DNA of 64,000 nucleotides, taken from assembly GCA_965263355.1 (NCBI GenBank), contig CBDHHL010000032.1, positions 2,048,001-2,112,000 of the forward strand, given 5' to 3'. This document shows, piece after piece, positions 38,311 through 49,880 of the stretch. A program made the translations under genes and the position numbers. The stretch comes from Leptolyngbyaceae cyanobacterium (GTDB lineage Bacteria > Cyanobacteriota > Cyanobacteriia > Phormidesmidales > Phormidesmidaceae). Positions within the stretch are counted from its first letter, which is position 1, and every line of letters starts with the position of its first letter. Under the pieces are notes generated by a model that saw only the letters and a list, made by a program, of their open reading frames with translations, was not told the origin of the DNA and did no database searches.

Positions 38311-39804
38311 ATGGCTAACCCAATAGCTGCTCAGCTTTCCCCGCTGGCAATCACCACAGACCAAAATCTATATGAGCAGGTGGCAGATCGCATCCAGGCA
38401 TTGATCCGAGAGGGCACCCTGGCACCAGGGGATCGCCTCCCGTCTGTGCGCAAACTGAAGCAACAGCTATCGGTCAGCATGTCCACCGTGCTAGAAGCCT
38501 ATCGCTTGTTAGAAGATCGAGGGTTTATTGTGGCCCGTCCCCAGTCAGGGTATTACGTTAAAACGACGGCCTTAACGGCCCTACCAGATGAGCCCTCCCA
38601 GTCCAAACCTCCATCCCAGGTGCGCCCCGTTGATATTTCCCTCATGCTGCGGCTATTGCGGATGGATCTTTCCCCTGAGACGATTCACCTAGGGGCGGCA
38701 GTACCGGGGGTAGAACATTTTCCACTCAACACCCTAAATCGATTGATGGGGCAAGTTATGCGGGCTGATCCGATGGCCGTTCATTCCTACAGTACGGTAC
38801 CCGGCTGTGAACCCTTGAGGCGAGAAGTGGCTAAACGCATGCTCAATGCAGGCTGTTCCATTGCGCCAGACCAGATTGTTGCCACGGCTGGCACTACCGA
38901 GGCCTATTATCTGGCCCTACGCACCGTGACTCAGCCAGGGGCTACCGTTGTGATTGAGTCACCGGCCTACTATGCCGTCCTAGAAGCGATGAATTCTCTG
39001 GGGTTAAATGCCCTGGAGCTGCCCACGCACCCCCAGGATGGTATCTCGTTGAGTGCCTTGGAAGGGGCGTTAGACAATCAATCTGTAGCGGCGTGCATTT
39101 TGGTGTCAAATTTTAGTAATCCCCTTGGTAGTTGCATGGGCGATCGCAAAAAAAAGGCCCTCGTTGAACTGCTCAATCAGCACGACGTTCCCCTAATTGA
39201 AGACGATATCTACGGCGAGCTAAACTTTGACGGCAATCGCCCCAAGGCGATCAAAGCGTTTGATACCGAAGGACGAGTGATTTACTGTTCATCGGTGAGT
39301 AAAACCCTTTCGCCTGGGTTACGGGTGGGTTGGTGTATTCCGGGACGATATCAACAACAGGTGGAACATATGAAAGTTGTTGTCAGCCATATGACGGCCA
39401 CAGCGCCCCAACTGGCGGTGGCAGCATTCTTTGCCAATGGTGGTTACGACCGTCATCTGCGCACATTACGTCGGGCCTATCAACAACAGATGAGCCGGAT
39501 GCACCAGGCAATTTTGGATTATTTCCCGGCTGAGACACGGGTCACTCGTCCGAAGGGAGGCCATGTGCTTTGGGTGGAAATTACAGGTGGATTTGATGCC
39601 CTAGAACTGTTTGAAGAGGCTGTGCATCACCACATTAGTATTGCCCCTGGCCCCATGTTTTCAGCCTCCAATGGATACCAGAATTGTTTTCGTTTAAATA
39701 CGGGATTACCCTGGTCAGAAGAGATCGAACAAGCTATGAAAACGTTAGGGTATTTAGCAAAAAAGCAATTGGCCCATAAGATATTGGCAAATGTGCATGA
39801 TTAA
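38311..39804 (+). CDS. MocR-family regulator (GntR HTH + PLP aminotransferase domain)
   Basis: LYEQVA..GDRLPSVR..SMSTVLEAY..ARPQSGYYV; IEDDIY; SVSKTLSPGLRVGW. Confidence 0.93.
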   Translation: MANPIAAQLSPLAITTDQNLYEQVADRIQALIREGTLAPGDRLPSVRKLKQQLSVSMSTVLEAYRLLEDRGFIVARPQSGYYVKTTALTALPDEPSQSKPPSQVRPVDISLMLRLLRMDLSPETIHLGAAVPGVEHFPLNTLNRLMGQVMRADPMAVHSYSTVPGCEPLRREVAKRMLNAGCSIAPDQIVATAGTTEAYYLALRTVTQPGATVVIESPAYYAVLEAMNSLGLNALELPTHPQDGISLSALEGALDNQSVAACILVSNFSNPLGSCMGDRKKKALVELLNQHDVPLIEDDIYGELNFDGNRPKAIKAFDTEGRVIYCSSVSKTLSPGLRVGWCIPGRYQQQVEHMKVVVSHMTATAPQLAVAAFFANGGYDRHLRTLRRAYQQQMSRMHQAILDYFPAETRVTRPKGGHVLWVEITGGFDALELFEEAVHHHISIAPGPMFSASNGYQNCFRLNTGLPWSEEIEQAMKTLGYLAKKQLAHKILANVHD

Positions 39805-40191
39805 CGCACCGATGACACGCTTAAAAATGCCCCCAAACCCCAAATGCTGCGGGCTTCAGAGATAGAACTTAGCGGGAAATACTCAGAGGGGGTCTCGGTT
39901 CTGATAGCCACTTAAGTACCTGTACAGTTAGCTTATGGAGCAGAAACAAAATTTAAGCGTAATCACGTAAGCAAGTTGTCATAGATCTAGTTATTTTTTC
40001 TGAACCAAACGTCCGGACAAACAGATTATCTTATCTAAAGAACCAATAAATAACGTCAGGTTAATGCATCTACTTTTTCTTCTAACTGTAGCTATAGTTA
40101 ATGAAATTGACCTATGTGAACAATAGGGAACATAAGTTTTTGCCATTCCCCACAGTTTGTTCTAATTTCTTAGTTCAAAAATAAAAACTCT

Positions 40192-43100
40192 CTACCAGGG
40201 GCTACCCACCAACGTATAAGTAGCCCAGTAAAAAGGATGTTCAAAATTCCACCACCCGTGGTATTCCAGCTCTGGGAAGTGGGCTAATGACCTCTCATCA
40301 TAGCCATATAGGATGCCATTAGCAAAGGTCAGTTCGCCCCGCAGCATAGCTAATTGAGCCTGCTGTAACGCATTAGCTCGAACAGGCTGTCGCTGCAAGT
40401 TCTCGTAAAAGTAGGTCATCAACCCCAGGGTTCCTTCGTCACTAATGGGCCAAAGGCTGGCAATAGACGTTTGTACCCCAGCATTGACCGCCAGTCCAGC
40501 AAAGCCATATTCCGCTTCGCGATCGCCTAGGGCCGTATTACAGGCACTTAATACCATTAGGGCAATATTGGCATCTTGTAGCCCCAGACTGTGCACCTGA
40601 TCGAGCTGGAGGGGCTGATCCCACAGTTGAATATACGAATTCCGGGGTGCCCCCGGCTCAAATACCCCATGGCTGGCTAAGTGTACAACCCCGAATTTAT
40701 TGCGGGCAATTTGGTTCTGTAAATTGGTTAAAGTAAAATTTTCATTCAAAAACACTTCACTTTCATTAAACACTTTGGTGACGATTTCCAGTTCTTCTGG
40801 GACAGCTGGCAAGAGACTTTGGGAAGGGAATTGAGACGCTCCCATGGCCAGCATTTGCGTGTTTTCTAGTTCAGAGTACAGAAAATTTTCAGCATTAAAG
40901 TCAGTCAAACTAAAGCTGGGAATCACCCCCAGACTGTAGCGCTCCACTAAATACTCGTCACCATTGTGGAGCGCCGCCATTGGTAATGTACGCAACCCCG
41001 TATCCATGGCCAGGGCTAAACTTTGAATTCCTTGCTGTTGTAACTCATTTTCAATCGGGGTAATAAACCAATCATAGAGCTGCTGGGCAGGGGGTAAATA
41101 TTGCGATGACGACGATATGGAGTTGGTCACCTGGGCGTAAAATGTTTCAGTCACAGCCATCACCTGGCTACGGGTAACGCCATTCACTTTTTTGCGAATA
41201 GCTTGACCTGAATGGGTTAACAGCAACAGACCCAGTTCATCATTGGCCTGTAGGTCATTGCCATGAAACTCAGTAGAGTCTTTTGGGTCAGATGGCAAAA
41301 AATAGACATATAAAACACCCGGCTTTATCCCCGTCAAGACTTCAACATCCCCCAGGGTCTCTTGGGCTGCGGTTAAACTTGGCGACGCTACACTCACCCG
41401 ATCATATAAATTTAGGTGAGACTTAAACTGATCTGAAAATGAGTTTTCAAGATGCTCAAATAATGCACTGTTAGACCGCCTAACATCCGTAGCACTGACC
41501 GAGTCATCTAACGGATTCGTGCGATTTCTCAATAGAGGAGAGTTTGGGATAAAAGGATCAGTTGCTGTGGGTGTAATAATTGTGGGACGGGATGGGATAG
41601 TCACTGGGGGCTCTACCACAGACTGAGGAAGCGCTTGGGTCAAAATAGCTATATTACCTAAGGTGTAGCTATTTAGGAAAGAGTTGCCAGGGTCAATTTT
41701 AAAGTCTCCGCTTGTAAGCGCAGCATGGTTACCTAAAAGACTCCCATCACCGACATTAAAGGCAGTAGCCCCATTGCCTGCGTGGCGAATAGTGATCGCC
41801 CCCGTGCCGTTGACTGCAGCGGTCGAGATACTGGCAGTGGTACCATCAAGGGCAGTAAAGCTGTCTGTTGCCCGGAAAAATTCATGGGTGGTAATATCTA
41901 CGTTCCCTCCCGCCATGTTACCTTCTGCTCGAATTGAGGCAACTTCAATAGCTTCAACCGAGCTGAGGGTAACATTCCCGCCAATGCCATTTAACCCCGT
42001 GGTATCAATCTGTTGAATAGTAATCGTATTATCCGCGTTGACGAGAACATCTCCCCCATCGAGGTTATTAGACGTAACAATGGTTTGAGTATTCACAACG
42101 TCTCCACCGATAAGGGTGACACCATTGACTGCTGTGAGATTAGCCGCAGTGATATCCTGGGCAGCGATTACTGTTAACTCAGGCGCAGATAGATCAAATC
42201 CCTGGGTATCTATGGAGCCATTGTCATGGGGGGATTGGATAGTTGCGGAGGCTGGTAATGTTACATCTGCCCCGAGGGTAATCGTGCCGGTGCCTTCTGG
42301 ATGACCGATGGTGATAGCGGTAAAACCGTTTTTTATAGCTGAGAGTTCTACGGTTGATATTGCTAGGTCAGGGGTTAAACCTGTCCCCCCCAGGTGAATA
42401 TCTCTGGCAGGTGAGGCGGGTTGAAGACTAAGTTCATCAGCTCCTTTGATTGCTGTGCCAACATTAATGGTATCTCCGCTGAGGGTTAGTGCCCCATCAC
42501 CACCATCCAGTACACCGGTAAATTGAGCCCCCTCAGCGAGAAAATTTATTTGGTCTGCTTGATTACCTGCTGTCAGATTTTGGATATTGGCAAAGCTTGC
42601 TACGCCAGGGCCATTGCCGGTGTTGACAGCCGTTAGGTTCCAAACGCTAGCTGTATTGTTGCCGACCAGGGTGTTGTCACCAGCGCCGCCGTCTAAGCTA
42701 CCCGTGAGGATGCCGGTGATGGCAATCTGATCATCGCCATCACCGGCATCGATATTTTCAATATTTGAGAAGGTGACAGTGCCCAGGGTACCGGTATTAT
42801 CAGCGGTGATTGCGATCGCATCGTCATCGTTGGTTCCTCGCAGTGTATCCTCACCACTGCTGCCTTGAAAGTTTTCTATATTGGTAAAGGCAGTTACATT
42901 ATCAACAGTTTGGGTGGCAAGATCAATGGTGACCCCGTTGGTAGTGGCACTATAGTCCAGGGTATTGTTACCGTCCCCCCCATCAATAGAACCAGATAGG
43001 GCAGCCACTCCATTGGCAAAGATAACAGTGTCGTCACCGCCAGCACCGCGAATATTGTGAATACCGTCAAAGTCAATACCCTTAAAGGTTCCACTATTTT

Positions 43101-45321
43101 CACCTAATAAGGTAATCGTGTCGTTCCCCTCGGTCCCCTGGAGTATGTCACTGGTGTTGTTGCTAGCAACAATTGAGCTAACGTCCTCAAAGCTTAAACC
43201 GTTACTGAAAATGGTGTCCAGATTGCCCTGGTTGTTGCCAGTTATGGTCCAAGTGGTTACCTGTTCGGGACCCTGTAGAGTCTCTGCTCCGAGAATAGTG
43301 ACTGGGTCTTTAAATGCAGCGGAGCCCCCATCTGCTACGGAATCATGTAGTGTAATCGTCCCCGTATGGTCAGTGCGACCGATGGAAATATTGGTAAATC
43401 CATCTTGGATGGCTAAAAGATCTGTTTCTAAAAGGTCTAATGCTGGGCTACCTACGGATGAGCCAATTTCAATAGCTTGATTTTGGCTCCAAGGCTGTAA
43501 AGATAATGTGTTGCCCTTAACAGAATCATTCCCCCCCTGCAACGAAATGGCATCTCCTTGGAGGATGATATTATCAGCAGTTAAGGTGCCTCGAACTAGT
43601 GTCCAATATTGGGCGCTCAGATTAACATCTCCAGCTTCCATAGCTGCGCGTGTATCAAGCAGCTGAATATCAATAATATTGCCAGAAATAGTGATATCTC
43701 GCCCTGAGGTATCGATTAAATCACCGGCTTTTTCTACTAAGAATTGTCCTGCACCATTATTGTCGGCATCAGCGATAAAGCTGATAGAGCCAGAGCCTGG
43801 CTGAAATGTAAGGGCATCGTCTCCGCCTAAATTTCGAATGATAATATTGTTATTGGCCTGTAGAACAATATTGGAGTCGCCATCCCAGGTTTCTAAGGTA
43901 TTTTCAGTGATAGTAAACCAGCCACTGTCTCCATCCTCTGCAATGACTGTGCCAGAATTGAGCAATAATTCTGCATCGCCGTTCGCAGTACCCGCACCAT
44001 CAACGACTTGAATATTGTCTGGATCAAAAAGAATACTGCCAAACTCTCCTTGGGGAGCACTAACAGAAAACTGTCCGGTGAACCCTAGGTTTGATTTACC
44101 AGAGATTTCAATAAAGCCACCATTGCCGGCTAATTCACCCCCCTGGGCTTGGACATTTCCTGCAAAAGAAGTCGCCTGATCAGCCCAAACAATAATCTCA
44201 CCCCCATTTCCATGTGCTAGGGCATTGGCACTGAGTTGAGTATTTTGATCAACTCGGGTATGGGTGGCATTGGGCAAAGGGCCTGCTCCTTGATAACTAC
44301 CACCAATGGAAATCTCTCCCCCCTGGTGAATCCCATCCGCATTGATGTCGGCATCTATTAAAGAGACTTGGTTACCTAAAATGGCAATTTGTCCACCATA
44401 GTCTCCGGTCGTCTGAACGGTACCAGATATGCTGGCTGTTCCGGGCTCGAGCGCAGGGATATGTTGGGTCAGTAGCGGGGTGCCATCGGCTGCGATCGCA
44501 AGGGTGTCGGCATGGTCAGCCCCCTGACCGGTCAGAAGAGCGGGTAGCTGGGTCGGCGTGATGTCGAGGGATGCCTCCGCGTCAGACCAGGGTTCAATTT
44601 CTAACGCAAGGAGTTGTCCCGTTTGACTAAGATTGACACGATTGGTATTGCTGACAGCAGTTATAGTAATGTTGCCACCTGGAGCACTCAAGGTACCGGT
44701 GTTAACAACGCCGCCCCCCAGTAACCGTAGATTGCGTCCAGGGGCTACTTCTAGAGTCCCCAGATTAATAATATAGTTAGGGTTAGATACAAAGGCAAAG
44801 CTTTGGGGAGGACCTGCTAAAGCCTGGTAGTCGGTTCCGTCAGCGAACCAGCCTTGTTCAAAGCCAATGGCATCGGCTGTCGCTGCAGTAAAATCTCCCT
44901 GTAAATTGAGATGGGCATTGGGTCCAAAAAAGAGACCGGCGGGATTCAGCAACCATAGATTAGCGCTATTAGATACGGCTAAGCCTCCATGGATGATGGA
45001 GGCTTGTCCCCCTGTAATTCGGCCTAGGACATTTTCAACCGACTCTGGGGCGATAAAGGTAACGGTTTGGTCCGGCAATATATGAAAAGTTTCAAACTGG
45101 TGGAAGAGATTAGCCCCATCTGTTGACTGAACACCCCCAATCACCTGAATTTGATAACCATCGGTGGTGGTGAATGTCGCTCCTGTGGATAGGATTTGTC
45201 CCCAAACAGGAGAATCACCTAGCGTAAAAATACTCAACCAGCCCACTATTTGTAAGGCACACCGATTGAACTGATGCCATTTTGAATGGCTCATAATCTT
45301 GATAATGCTGATATCTAACAA
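40192..45321 (-). CDS. Filamentous-haemagglutinin N-terminal domain + CHAT (caspase-like) protein
   Basis: NLFHQF and LLNPAG TPS motifs, Gly/Asp-rich repeats; CHAT motifs VHLASHG, LSACNTA, ASLWPISD, HPFYWA; start uncertain. Confidence 0.9.
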   Translation of the reverse strand: MLDISIIKIMSHSKWHQFNRCALQIVGWLSIFTLGDSPVWGQILSTGATFTTTDGYQIQVIGGVQSTDGANLFHQFETFHILPDQTVTFIAPESVENVLGRITGGQASIIHGGLAVSNSANLWLLNPAGLFFGPNAHLNLQGDFTAATADAIGFEQGWFADGTDYQALAGPPQSFAFVSNPNYIINLGTLEVAPGRNLRLLGGGVVNTGTLSAPGGNITITAVSNTNRVNLSQTGQLLALEIEPWSDAEASLDITPTQLPALLTGQGADHADTLAIAADGTPLLTQHIPALEPGTASISGTVQTTGDYGGQIAILGNQVSLIDADINADGIHQGGEISIGGSYQGAGPLPNATHTRVDQNTQLSANALAHGNGGEIIVWADQATSFAGNVQAQGGELAGNGGFIEISGKSNLGFTGQFSVSAPQGEFGSILFDPDNIQVVDGAGTANGDAELLLNSGTVIAEDGDSGWFTITENTLETWDGDSNIVLQANNNIIIRNLGGDDALTFQPGSGSISFIADADNNGAGQFLVEKAGDLIDTSGRDITISGNIIDIQLLDTRAAMEAGDVNLSAQYWTLVRGTLTADNIILQGDAISLQGGNDSVKGNTLSLQPWSQNQAIEIGSSVGSPALDLLETDLLAIQDGFTNISIGRTDHTGTITLHDSVADGGSAAFKDPVTILGAETLQGPEQVTTWTITGNNQGNLDTIFSNGLSFEDVSSIVASNNTSDILQGTEGNDTITLLGENSGTFKGIDFDGIHNIRGAGGDDTVIFANGVAALSGSIDGGDGNNTLDYSATTNGVTIDLATQTVDNVTAFTNIENFQGSSGEDTLRGTNDDDAIAITADNTGTLGTVTFSNIENIDAGDGDDQIAITGILTGSLDGGAGDNTLVGNNTASVWNLTAVNTGNGPGVASFANIQNLTAGNQADQINFLAEGAQFTGVLDGGDGALTLSGDTINVGTAIKGADELSLQPASPARDIHLGGTGLTPDLAISTVELSAIKNGFTAITIGHPEGTGTITLGADVTLPASATIQSPHDNGSIDTQGFDLSAPELTVIAAQDITAANLTAVNGVTLIGGDVVNTQTIVTSNNLDGGDVLVNADNTITIQQIDTTGLNGIGGNVTLSSVEAIEVASIRAEGNMAGGNVDITTHEFFRATDSFTALDGTTASISTAAVNGTGAITIRHAGNGATAFNVGDGSLLGNHAALTSGDFKIDPGNSFLNSYTLGNIAILTQALPQSVVEPPVTIPSRPTIITPTATDPFIPNSPLLRNRTNPLDDSVSATDVRRSNSALFEHLENSFSDQFKSHLNLYDRVSVASPSLTAAQETLGDVEVLTGIKPGVLYVYFLPSDPKDSTEFHGNDLQANDELGLLLLTHSGQAIRKKVNGVTRSQVMAVTETFYAQVTNSISSSSQYLPPAQQLYDWFITPIENELQQQGIQSLALAMDTGLRTLPMAALHNGDEYLVERYSLGVIPSFSLTDFNAENFLYSELENTQMLAMGASQFPSQSLLPAVPEELEIVTKVFNESEVFLNENFTLTNLQNQIARNKFGVVHLASHGVFEPGAPRNSYIQLWDQPLQLDQVHSLGLQDANIALMVLSACNTALGDREAEYGFAGLAVNAGVQTSIASLWPISDEGTLGLMTYFYENLQRQPVRANALQQAQLAMLRGELTFANGILYGYDERSLAHFPELEYHGWWNFEHPFYWATYTLVGSPW

Positions 45322-45786
45322 AGGAAAACGGCAATAACCAAAAGTTTCCTTTTTTAATCACAGCTAACTGGTAAATGAAATGTAACCAGAATGACACGGG
45401 TTTTTGGCAAATATCATCCCCATGACTGTGCTCGTGTAAATACTCAAAGCAGCAACAATATTTATAGGTTAGTAGATCAGTGAGCGTAACAGATTATCTG
45501 TATAGGCCATATCTTAAACAGATAAACCGAGGCTCAGGTTACGCTTATCTGTTCCTAATCTATTGAAAACTTTTTGATTGCCTTAGCTTACGGACTTAGG
45601 GATGTTTCTGTAACTGATCTAAAAGTTTTTTTCATTTCTTAGATCAGGTTCCTAACATGGCAGTAGGAGTGTCTAATGGCATCAGCTAAGCGGCCTAATA
45701 ATTATTTAATTATTGGAGATTTTGCGGCTGTTATTGGACCTTTGACTCGCACACCTACCTCATTAAACAGAGGGAATGGAGGTTCT

Positions 45787-46848
45787 ATGGTTGAAACTTA
45801 TCAACCATCCCACGAAGCCACGTTAGATCGTGACTCAATGACGCTGTCGCGCCATGTATTACAGCAACTTCAGAGCTTTGGTCCCGATGCTCAGGATCTC
45901 AGTGCTTTGATGAATCGTATTGCATTGGCAGGCAAGCTAATTGCTCGGCATCTATCACGGGCTGGTTTAGTCGAAGATGCTCTCGGCTTTACCGGTCGTG
46001 AAAATGTGCAGGGGGAATCAGTCAAGAAAATGGACGTCTATGCTAATGACGTCTTTATTTCTGTCTTTAAGCAAAGCGGTTTGGTCTGTCGCTTGGCCTC
46101 TGAAGAGATGGAAGCCCCATTTTATATTCCAGAAAACTGTCCCGTTGGACGATATACACTGCTATACGATCCCATTGACGGATCATCTAATGTAGATATC
46201 AATCTCAATGTTGGTTCGATTTTTGCCATTCGCCAACAGCGGGGAAATGATGAAGGACAAACGGGGACAGATTTGCTCCAGTCAGGTCGAGAGCAATTAG
46301 CGGCAGGTTATATTCTGTACGGTCCCAGTACGGTGCTGGTCTATACCATCGGTACGGGCGTTCATGCCTTTACCCTTGATCCCAGCCTGGGGGAATTCAT
46401 TCTTTCTGAAGAGAATATTATGATTCCTGCCCATGGTCCTGTTTATAGTGTAAATGAAGGTAACTTCTGGCAGTGGGATGACTCTATCCGAGACTACATT
46501 CGGTATGTGCATCGCCATGAGGGATACTCGGCTCGTTACAGTGGTGCTTTAGTGGGAGATTTTCATCGCATTTTGACCCAGGGTGGTGTGTTCTTGTACC
46601 CAGGAACCATTAAAAAACCGGAGGGTAAATTGCGTTTGTTATATGAATCAGCCCCATTAGCTTTTTTGGCAGAACAGGCTGGGGGACGTGCCTCCACAGG
46701 CAACCAGGAAATTTTAGAGGTATCTCCTGATCGGTTACACATGCGTACACCTTTAATACTGGGCAGTACGGAGGATGTGGCCTTAGTGGAATCGTTTATT
46801 CAGGATCGGCTTCGCGAGCGTGAAGCCGCTGTGTCTGTCGCTGGTTAA
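45787..46848 (+). CDS. fbp: Fructose-1,6-bisphosphatase class 1
   Basis: [21 protein letters not shown]. Confidence 0.96.
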   Translation: MVETYQPSHEATLDRDSMTLSRHVLQQLQSFGPDAQDLSALMNRIALAGKLIARHLSRAGLVEDALGFTGRENVQGESVKKMDVYANDVFISVFKQSGLVCRLASEEMEAPFYIPENCPVGRYTLLYDPIDGSSNVDINLNVGSIFAIRQQRGNDEGQTGTDLLQSGREQLAAGYILYGPSTVLVYTIGTGVHAFTLDPSLGEFILSEENIMIPAHGPVYSVNEGNFWQWDDSIRDYIRYVHRHEGYSARYSGALVGDFHRILTQGGVFLYPGTIKKPEGKLRLLYESAPLAFLAEQAGGRASTGNQEILEVSPDRLHMRTPLILGSTEDVALVESFIQDRLREREAAVSVAG

Positions 46849-46944
46849 GCTTAATTGTTAAAACCTTTCTAGCGAAAGACGAAAGTTTTCTGGACAGATA
46901 GTATTTTCGAACAACCAAGATAACCTAAATAGGATACTCACCCC

Positions 46945-48084
46945 ATGACTACAGTCAATGACAGCCCAATTCTGCATTTGCAGGATCACGGGCAAAGTGT
47001 ATGGATGGATAATCTTAGTCGAGATCTGCTGGTTTCAGGTGAGCTGAGCCAGCTGATCGATAGCCGAGCTGTCCATGGGATCACCTCTAATCCAGCGATC
47101 TTTGAGAAAGCGATCGCAGGTAATGAGATTTACGATAGTGAAATTGAGGCGGGTGTTCGCGCAGGTAAGTCCGTCGAGCAAATCTATGAGACTTTAGTAT
47201 TTGATGACATTCGTCGGGCCTGTGATGTGCTTAAGCCGATCTATGAATCCACCCAGGGTCTGGATGGCTATGTCAGCTTAGAGGTGCCCCCCAACCTGGC
47301 CCATGATGCAGCGGGCACCCTGGCTGAGGCTCGGCGATATGCAGTGGCGATTGAGCGTCCTAATCTAATGATTAAGATTCCAGGTACACCTGAGGGTCTC
47401 AAGGCTGTTGAGCAGACCATCCGTGATGGGATCAACGTTAACGTTACTCTATTGTTCTCGGTACAGAGCTATATCGATACGGCTTGGGCCTATATTCGGG
47501 GCTTAGAAGGCCGCTTGGCTGATGGCCATGACATTAGTTCAATGGCATCGGTGGCTAGTTTCTTTTTGAGCCGCATCGATACTAAGGTGGACGATACCCT
47601 TGATCAGCTGGCTGAAGCCGATGAGAGCAAGCGTGAGCAGATTGCTGGGCTGAAGGGTAAGGTTGCGATCGCCAACGCAAAGCTGGCGTATCAAGAGTAC
47701 AAAAAGATTATCCAAAGCGACCGCTGGCAGGCATTGGTGGCTAAGGGTGCCAAGGTACAGCGTTTACTATGGGCCAGTACCAGCACCAAGAACCCTGACT
47801 ACAGTGATGTTATGTACGTCGATGAGCTGATCGGTCCTGACACTGTTAACACGCTACCCCCCAAGACTATCGAAGCTTGCGCTGACCACTGCGACGTGAG
47901 CAGCCGCATCGAAAGTGATGTAGAGCAAGCCTATACCGTAATCGAAACGCTGCCTGAAGTTGGCATTGACCTCGATCAGGTAATGGACGAGCTACTAGCT
48001 GAAGGGATCGACAAATTTGTTAAGCCCTTTGATAAGCTAATGGCTTCGTTGGTGATGAAGGTTAAGCAGTTGTCACCTGCTTAA
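46945..48084 (+). CDS. tal: Transaldolase
   Basis: GITSNPAIF, MIKIPGT, NVTLLFS, RLLWASTSTKNP. Confidence 0.96.
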   Translation: MTTVNDSPILHLQDHGQSVWMDNLSRDLLVSGELSQLIDSRAVHGITSNPAIFEKAIAGNEIYDSEIEAGVRAGKSVEQIYETLVFDDIRRACDVLKPIYESTQGLDGYVSLEVPPNLAHDAAGTLAEARRYAVAIERPNLMIKIPGTPEGLKAVEQTIRDGINVNVTLLFSVQSYIDTAWAYIRGLEGRLADGHDISSMASVASFFLSRIDTKVDDTLDQLAEADESKREQIAGLKGKVAIANAKLAYQEYKKIIQSDRWQALVAKGAKVQRLLWASTSTKNPDYSDVMYVDELIGPDTVNTLPPKTIEACADHCDVSSRIESDVEQAYTVIETLPEVGIDLDQVMDELLAEGIDKFVKPFDKLMASLVMKVKQLSPA

Positions 48085-48090
48085 GTAGGC

Positions 48091-48230
48091 AAAGGGTAAA
48101 GGGTAAAAGGGTCAAGGACAAAGGATTTCAAATACAGACCCTTTACTCTTGACCCTGCCCCCACTGTCCCCTGCCCCCACTGTCCCCTGCTTCACTATTT
48201 CACTGCTTCCCCTGCTCCTTTTCCCCATTC
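48091..48230. repeat. Heptamer short tandem repeats (STRR-like) between tal and zwf
   Basis: AAAGGGT/AAAGGAC run, its inverted CCCTTTA/CTCTTGA copy, then CCCCTGC/CCCACTG repeats. Confidence 0.65.
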
Positions 48231-48234
48231 CCCT

Positions 48235-49764
48235 ATGGTTTCTCTCCTTGAAAATCCCCTCCGCGTTGGCCTACAACAAGATCGTATTCCAGAGCCTCAG
48301 ATTTTAGTTATTTTTGGTGCATCAGGAGATTTGACCCAGCGTAAACTGGTGCCATCTCTGTATACAATGCGTCAAGAGCGTCGACTGCCGCCAGAGCTAA
48401 CAATTGTGGGGGTATCTCGGCGGGAGTGGAGCCACGAGTTCTTCCGCGAGCACTTAAAGAAAGGTATTGAAGATTACGGCGGTGGTATCCATAACCAGAT
48501 GCTGTGGGAGAACTTTGCCCAAGGGTTGTTCTATTGCCCTGGCAATATTGATAAGCCTGAAAGCTACCAAAAGCTCAAAGCCTTTTTAGCTGAGCTGGAT
48601 GAGACACGATATACCCGAGGCAATCGACTGTTTTATCTGTCGGTAGCTCCCCGCTTTTTTGCTGAAGCCACCCAGCAGTTAGGAACAGCGGGGATGCTGG
48701 CAGACCCTGCTAAGCAGCGTTTAATTATTGAGAAACCCTTTGGTCGTGACCTGGCCTCGGCCCAAGCCTTAAACCAAAAGGTGAGGGCAGCGGTACCTGA
48801 AGAACAGGTTTATCGCATTGACCACTACCTGGGTAAAGAAACGGTTCAGAACCTATTGGTGTTCCGGTTTGCCAATGCCATCTTTGAGCCCCTGTGGAAT
48901 CGACAGTTTGTTGACCACGTGCAGATTACGGTGGCTGAGACGGTGGGTCTAGAAGGTCGTGCTGGATACTATGAGACCGCCGGTGCGCTGCGGGACATGG
49001 TACAAAACCACCTGATGCAGCTATTTTGTCTGACGGCGATGGAGCCGCCCAACTCTCTGGCTGCTTCCAGCATACGAGACGAAAAAGTTAAGGTACTGCA
49101 AGCAACCCGATTAGCCGATCCCCTCAACTTGGATCGCTGTGCGATTCGGGGTCAGTACACCAATGGCTGGATGAAAGGCAAGCAAGTACCCGGATATCGA
49201 GAAGAAGAAGGCGCACCGGTTGATTCCACCACACATACGTTTGCTGCCATTGAGATGCGAGTAGACAATTGGCGCTGGCAAGGGGTGCCCTTCTATCTGC
49301 GTACGGGTAAGCGGATGCCGAAAAAAGTGTCTGAAATCTCAATTCACTTTAAGCAGGTACCTCACCTGATGTTCCAGTCGGCGGCCCAACAGATGAATGA
49401 CAATATTCTGGCCCTGCGAATTCAGCCAGATGAAGGGATTTCGATGCGATTTGAGGTGAAGACACCGGGAAGCTCCCTACGCACCCGTCCGGTGGATATG
49501 GACTTCCGTTATGATGCGGCCTTTGGTAAGCCCAGTACCGATGCCTATGCTCGATTGTTAGTGGATGCCATGCTTGGGGATCAAACATTGTTTACCCGAG
49601 GGGATGAGGTGGAAGAATCCTGGCGGGTGGTAACACCGATTCTAGAGGCCTGGGATGGTCCCGTGGATCCTGCCCAGATTCCTCTCTATGAGGCAGGTAC
49701 TTGGGAACCGGTGGAAGCTGAATTCTTGCTGAATAAGGTCGGTCGTCGTTGGCGACGGCTCTAA
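48235..49764 (+). CDS. zwf: Glucose-6-phosphate 1-dehydrogenase
   Basis: [29 protein letters not shown]. Confidence 0.98.
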   Translation: MVSLLENPLRVGLQQDRIPEPQILVIFGASGDLTQRKLVPSLYTMRQERRLPPELTIVGVSRREWSHEFFREHLKKGIEDYGGGIHNQMLWENFAQGLFYCPGNIDKPESYQKLKAFLAELDETRYTRGNRLFYLSVAPRFFAEATQQLGTAGMLADPAKQRLIIEKPFGRDLASAQALNQKVRAAVPEEQVYRIDHYLGKETVQNLLVFRFANAIFEPLWNRQFVDHVQITVAETVGLEGRAGYYETAGALRDMVQNHLMQLFCLTAMEPPNSLAASSIRDEKVKVLQATRLADPLNLDRCAIRGQYTNGWMKGKQVPGYREEEGAPVDSTTHTFAAIEMRVDNWRWQGVPFYLRTGKRMPKKVSEISIHFKQVPHLMFQSAAQQMNDNILALRIQPDEGISMRFEVKTPGSSLRTRPVDMDFRYDAAFGKPSTDAYARLLVDAMLGDQTLFTRGDEVEESWRVVTPILEAWDGPVDPAQIPLYEAGTWEPVEAEFLLNKVGRRWRRL

Positions 49765-49834
49765 ACCACGTCCAAGTTGAAACCTGTAGTTTCCCCTACG
49801 GCAACACTACAGGTCTGGACGTGGACGAGGTTTA
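49762..49834 (+). repeat. Small dispersed hairpin repeat, copy 2
   Basis: CCACGTCCA...TGGACGTGG outer stem; CCTGTAGT...ACTACAGG inner stem. Confidence 0.7.
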
Positions 49835-49880
49835 ATTCAAAACGTTTTCTAACTCTTATCCAATTGCGCTCTTTAAAACC

